Shown here: one piece after another, positions 45,239-48,693 of the stretch
Numbering within the stretch: position 1 is the first letter of the stretch
Layout of the letters: every line of letters starts with the position of its first letter
Made by a program: the position numbers and the translations under genes
The notes under the pieces: generated by a model
Told to the model about the DNA's origin: nothing
The model's database searches: none
The model's input: the letters and a program-made list of their open reading frames with translations, nothing else
Assembly: GCA_011174815.1 (NCBI GenBank)
Contig: DUFF01000082.1
Location: forward strand, 1 to 48,693
From: Dehalococcoidia bacterium
GTDB taxonomy: Bacteria > Chloroflexota > Dehalococcoidia > Dehalococcoidales > RBG-16-60-22
Length of the DNA: 48,693 bases
Reading direction: 5' to 3'

Positions 45239-45553
45239 ATGGTTAAATTTATGGGAGTGATACGTCTCAAACCGGGATATGACCCTGACGAGACCTGGAA
45301 GCTCTGGCGCACGGAACATGCCACCAACTACAAGAACCTGGCCCGTCCGGAACTGAAGCAGTACACCATAAACCGAGTCATCAAGACCCTTAACAATAGC
45401 GATATCTACGGTATATCCGAGTCCGTCTTTGAGGACATTGAAAACTGTGAACGAGCCTTAAAGCGGTTCATCGACGCGCCACCGGATGAGGTGCTGAAAA
45501 GGTTCCAGCCTGACCGGTTGATTGTGGAATACGAGGAGATAGCGCTGGACTAG
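45239..45553 (+). CDS. EthD-like dimeric alpha/beta-barrel protein
   Basis: 104 aa. The N-terminal pattern VKFMGVIRLKPGYDPDETWKLWRTEHA resembles EthD-family proteins. AAAGGAGG RBS. Confidence 0.5.
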   Translation: MVKFMGVIRLKPGYDPDETWKLWRTEHATNYKNLARPELKQYTINRVIKTLNNSDIYGISESVFEDIENCERALKRFIDAPPDEVLKRFQPDRLIVEYEEIALD

Positions 45554-45597
45554 AGAACTGATTCCATTAGCTTAGCTTGAAAAGGAGCATTAGTAGC

Positions 45598-47019
45598 ATG
45601 CGAAATATCGGAGCTATCAAAAGCGCGGCTGAAGTTACCAGCTATGCAAATCAAATCGGGGTATCCCTGCCTTTTGATGAAGAATTGAAATCAGGTCCCG
45701 ATTCACCCCTGGCCAGACAATGGGCCCTTGGCAAGAGGGTAATTGGAAATCGTTTTGCTATACTTCCGATGGAAGGCTGGGACAGCGCTACCGATGGGCG
45801 GCCGACCGAATTTACCAGAAGGCGGTGGCAGCGTTTTGGTCTCAGTGGCGCAAAACTGATATTTGGCGGGGAAGCCGCCGCTGTCCGCCATGACGGCAAA
45901 GGAAGCCCAAATCAGCTAATGATAACGGAGGAGACCGTGGATGAGGTGGCTGAACTCCGAGAATTGCTGGTGCGAACCCATGAAGAACATCACGGCAGTA
46001 GCGCCGACCTGTTAGTCGGGTTGCAGCTGACCCATTCAGGGCGGGTCTCTAAACCGCACGATATGAAACGCCCTAAACCCGTAATCCTCTATCACAATCC
46101 CGTTCTGGACCAAAGATTTGGTGTGACGGGCGACACGCCGGTGATGACCGACGAGGATATCGCCAGGTTAATCGAAGATTTTATCAAAGCTGCCAGACTG
46201 ACACAGCAGGCTGGGTTTGATTTCGTCGATATAAAACATTGCCACGGCTATCTCGGCCACGAATTTTTAAGCGCTGTGGATCGTCCCGGGCGTTACGGCG
46301 GCAGCTTTGAAAACCGGACCCGATTTCTGAGAGAGACCGTGGCCGGCATTCGAAGTGAGGTGCCGGGATTGGATATTGCAGTTCGGCTCAGTGCCTATGA
46401 CTTCTTGCCTTTTCAATCTGGTGCGGAGGGGCGTGGGGAACCCGCTGAATTCGGTGGCGAAAGGTATCCCTACGCCTTTGGCGGCGATGGTACCGGCACG
46501 GGCGTAAATCTTGCCGAGCCGCTGGCTTTTCTGGACTTGCTTCTCAAGCTGGATATCAAACTGGTGTGCATCTCCGCCGGTGCCGGGTATAATGCTCATA
46601 TCCTGCGACCTTCCTTCTTACCGTCTTTGGAGGGATATCGGCCACCGGAAGACCCGCTTACAGGGGTAGCCCGCCTGATTTCAGTGACTGCCGAATTGAA
46701 GCGCCAGCGCCCAGAATTAATTTATGTTGGCAGCGGCTATTCCTACCTGCAGCAGTGGCTGCCCAATGTGGCGCAATCTGTGGTACGCAGCGGGATGGCG
46801 GACATCGTAGGAATCGGGCGGATGTCACTGTGCTACCCTGAAATTATTGCCGATACGCTTGCTGGCAGGGCACTGAAACATCGGTTGCTGTGCCGCACCT
46901 GTGGAGACTGCATAACCGCCCCCCGTAATGGTTTGATTTCCGGCTGCTATCTGCTGGATGATTTCTACCGTAATCGCCCGGAACACCAGCAGTTGAAAAA
47001 GCTTAAAGGAAAGAAGTGA
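45598..47019 (+). CDS. Old Yellow Enzyme-family NADH:flavin oxidoreductase with a C-terminal Cys cluster
   Basis: [20 protein letters not shown] (OYE active-site region), RLSAYD, and C-terminal CRTCGDC...GC reminiscent of the FeS site of dienoyl-CoA reductase-type OYEs. AAAGGAG RBS before the ATG at 45598. Confidence 0.85.
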   Translation: MRNIGAIKSAAEVTSYANQIGVSLPFDEELKSGPDSPLARQWALGKRVIGNRFAILPMEGWDSATDGRPTEFTRRRWQRFGLSGAKLIFGGEAAAVRHDGKGSPNQLMITEETVDEVAELRELLVRTHEEHHGSSADLLVGLQLTHSGRVSKPHDMKRPKPVILYHNPVLDQRFGVTGDTPVMTDEDIARLIEDFIKAARLTQQAGFDFVDIKHCHGYLGHEFLSAVDRPGRYGGSFENRTRFLRETVAGIRSEVPGLDIAVRLSAYDFLPFQSGAEGRGEPAEFGGERYPYAFGGDGTGTGVNLAEPLAFLDLLLKLDIKLVCISAGAGYNAHILRPSFLPSLEGYRPPEDPLTGVARLISVTAELKRQRPELIYVGSGYSYLQQWLPNVAQSVVRSGMADIVGIGRMSLCYPEIIADTLAGRALKHRLLCRTCGDCITAPRNGLISGCYLLDDFYRNRPEHQQLKKLKGKK

Positions 47020-47111
47020 ATAACGAGCGCTAAGAGCCCTGTCTATAGATGTAAACAAGGCAGGCGAAATCAGCGATATTCCTTTCCCTGGCTGGTTTTC
47101 AGTATGGATAG

Positions 47112-47783
47112 CTATTCCTCAAACGCAATAGCCCTTACCGGCGAACCGTCTAAGCCCTCAATAGGAAGGGGTAAAGCCATGAAATTGACCCGGTTTTTGG
47201 TCAGAAGGTGCTGATTGACGATATATTCAAACTGTATAATCCCTGCCTGAAAGAAGACGTAATGGGTAGTATGGTCTTCCCTCGGCAGTTGGGCGACACG
47301 CCCCGGGTCAGTCACCTCGTATCTCAGGAGGTAATCACAGGGAAAATCACCTCCCCATGCCTTGACCTTGCGCTCAACCAGCCATTCACAGGCGTCGCGT
47401 TCCATGTACGGTGCTTTGCCCCAGAAATCCTTGGTCATATAATCATATTTGAGCGGCCAGTCGGTGCGTATCAGGGCAATATCACCCTCTCTAACGTGCT
47501 GGCCGTGTTTTTCCAATTCCGCTGCGCTTACGCCGGTGTTTTCACCCAGGTGAGAGAGGTTGATGATAGCCGCTTCGCCATAAAACTTTTCCAGGGGCAC
47601 CTCATCGATGGGTGCACCATCGGGCAGAAAGTGAAGTGGTGCGTCAACGTGAGTAAAGCTGTGGGGACGGAAACACATGTACCTTTCTAGGAAATAATTT
47701 TTCTCGTGCGTAGCGAATGTTTTCAGCTTAACTGGCCATCGCCACTGGTCACGAATAGTTAGCGTGAGGTCAATAACTTTCAT
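47112..47783 (-). CDS. Cyclase-family protein (kynurenine formamidase-like metal hydrolase)
   Basis: SFTHVDAPLHF fits the HxGTHxDxPxH-type motif of the putative-cyclase family, and the size of about 220 aa also fits. Confidence 0.8.
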   Translation of the reverse strand: MKVIDLTLTIRDQWRWPVKLKTFATHEKNYFLERYMCFRPHSFTHVDAPLHFLPDGAPIDEVPLEKFYGEAAIINLSHLGENTGVSAAELEKHGQHVREGDIALIRTDWPLKYDYMTKDFWGKAPYMERDACEWLVERKVKAWGGDFPCDYLLRYEVTDPGRVAQLPREDHTTHYVFFQAGIIQFEYIVNQHLLTKNRVNFMALPLPIEGLDGSPVRAIAFEE

Positions 47784-47864
47784 GTTGACAAGTTCCCCCT
47801 ATATAGTTTATGTGTAAGAATACTAATATACCGCAGTTCAAACATTCAAGTCGGGAGGGTAAAA

Positions 47865-48693
47865 ATGGGTATAATTGACGGCCATTCCCATCTGTACCAG
47901 AAACATGCCACCATCGATAATTTGAAAAAGAGCGTCAAAGACATCGAGGGTTTCGACATAAATTCGCTGTTGCAGCGGCTTGACGAAATGGGGATATCTC
48001 AGCTCCAGACCATGTCTCAATCGATGGAACGTATCAGAGGCATGTGGCTCGGGTCAAACGCACTTTCCGTGGCGCTGTATGAAGCAGCCCCATCAAGAAT
48101 CGTGCCCTTTGCCGCCGCTGAACCACTGGACGCTCAGGACCGCTTGAATGCAGCACAGCTGGAAGAGCTGGAAGACTTGGTGATTAATCGGGGCATAAAG
48201 GGTTTATTATTGACGCCCGGTTATGGTTACTATTATGCCAATGACAAACGAATATACCCTTTTTACCAGAAGGCCATCGAGCTGGATATTCCGGTCTATT
48301 TCCATCATTCACACCAGTTCGGACCCCCAAGGAATTGCCCGTTGAAGTACTGCCAGGTCACTTTTCTGGATGATTTGACGATTGATTTCCCGGAGCTGAG
48401 GTTCGATGTTGAACATATGGGTTACCCGTGGACGGAAGAACTTCTCTGCATAATGGCGCGTTCTCCGAACGTGTATACTGATTTCGCCATGTTCATCGAG
48501 CCGTACTTTGGCCGGGGAAGACGCCAGTTACTGGCCAGAAACTTGGCTATGGCCAGGGAATATGGTGTTCTCGATAGGGTGTTCTATGGTTCGGACTATG
48601 TTGGGGAAAACGTCGATGAATACGCGGCTTTGCTGCAACGGGAGATTGCGTACATCAAAACAGGTTTGAATCATGATTTGGAAGCACAGGGCT
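47865..48693 (+). CDS. Amidohydrolase_2-family metal-dependent hydrolase/decarboxylase (3' end beyond the window)
   Basis: Not in the ORF track because it is open at the window edge. GGGAGGG RBS, then an ATG at 47865 giving MGIIDGHSHLY..., FPELRFDVEHMGYPW and FYGSDYV. Paralogue of 17924-18793. Confidence 0.75.
   Translation, partial: MGIIDGHSHLYQKHATIDNLKKSVKDIEGFDINSLLQRLDEMGISQLQTMSQSMERIRGMWLGSNALSVALYEAAPSRIVPFAAAEPLDAQDRLNAAQLEELEDLVINRGIKGLLLTPGYGYYYANDKRIYPFYQKAIELDIPVYFHHSHQFGPPRNCPLKYCQVTFLDDLTIDFPELRFDVEHMGYPWTEELLCIMARSPNVYTDFAMFIEPYFGRGRRQLLARNLAMAREYGVLDRVFYGSDYVGENVDEYAALLQREIAYIKTGLNHDLEAQG

Noticed and set aside
1-48693. Mobile elements, prophage genes, defence systems (CRISPR-Cas, restriction-modification, toxin-antitoxin, Abi-like), tRNA or rRNA genes, and recoded Sec/Pyl codons.
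   Set aside because: I recognised no transposase, integrase, nuclease or Cas-like ORF and no flanking direct or inverted repeats. No tRNA-like GC-rich cloverleaf appears in any intergenic gap. The hydrogenase large subunit uses Cys (DPCLAC) rather than an in-frame TGA. No MttB-type gene with an in-frame TAG is present.

Overview
This is a contiguous chromosomal segment of about 48.7 kb, densely packed with roughly 49 protein-coding genes on both strands. I found no rRNA, tRNA, CRISPR array, transposase, integrase or phage-like gene. Strong GGAGG-type ribosome-binding sites are common, many genes overlap by 4 nt (ATGA), and the few longer intergenic regions are conspicuously AT-rich. The gene content is that of a strict or facultative anaerobe. 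Placing it in a Chloroflexota/Dehalococcoidia-like or similar lineage is only an inference from gene content, with low confidence. Main blocks, left to right: (1) an NfeD protein and a PflX-type radical SAM protein. (2) A mycothiol-like gene set: a CelD/Fem-type GNAT, an MshA-like GT4, an MshD-like double GNAT, a PIG-L deacetylase and a glyoxalase-II-like MBL hydrolase, followed by a HIT protein. (3) An amidohydrolase translationally coupled to a PAS histidine kinase and an OmpR-type regulator. (4) A Pat-like protein with its GNAT domain at the N-terminus, a chagasin-type inhibitor lipoprotein and a divergent SucCD pair. (5) A URO-D-family methyltransferase, a corrinoid protein and an amidohydrolase_2 gene lying next to an OpuA-type betaine ABC importer. 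(6) A split B12-dependent methylmalonyl-CoA mutase plus epimerase. (7) Assorted genes: an HExxH lipoprotein, a SAM methyltransferase, a QueG-like FeS protein, PfkA and an internalin-like LRR protein. (8) An EtfAB plus FAD-linked 2-hydroxyacid dehydrogenase (LctBCD-type) block with a PanE-family reductase. (9) A sugar-acid block: a D-TA/DSD1-like PLP enzyme, a KdgK-like kinase, an NHL propeller and an SDR. (10) CorA. (11) A [NiFe]-hydrogenase operon comprising a maturation protease, a GltD/NfnB-like FeS flavoprotein, MvhD, the small subunit and the large subunit, with no Hdr genes. (12) A RidA, EthD, OYE-FeS, cyclase and amidohydrolase_2 block. The best candidates for undescribed biology are three: the corrinoid/URO-D module beside the betaine importer with no MttB-family partner, the Hdr-less Mvh-type hydrogenase wired to a GltD/NfnB-like flavoprotein, and the MshA/B/D-like cluster in a genome context that does not look actinobacterial. 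All functional calls come from motif recognition by eye; no database search was run.
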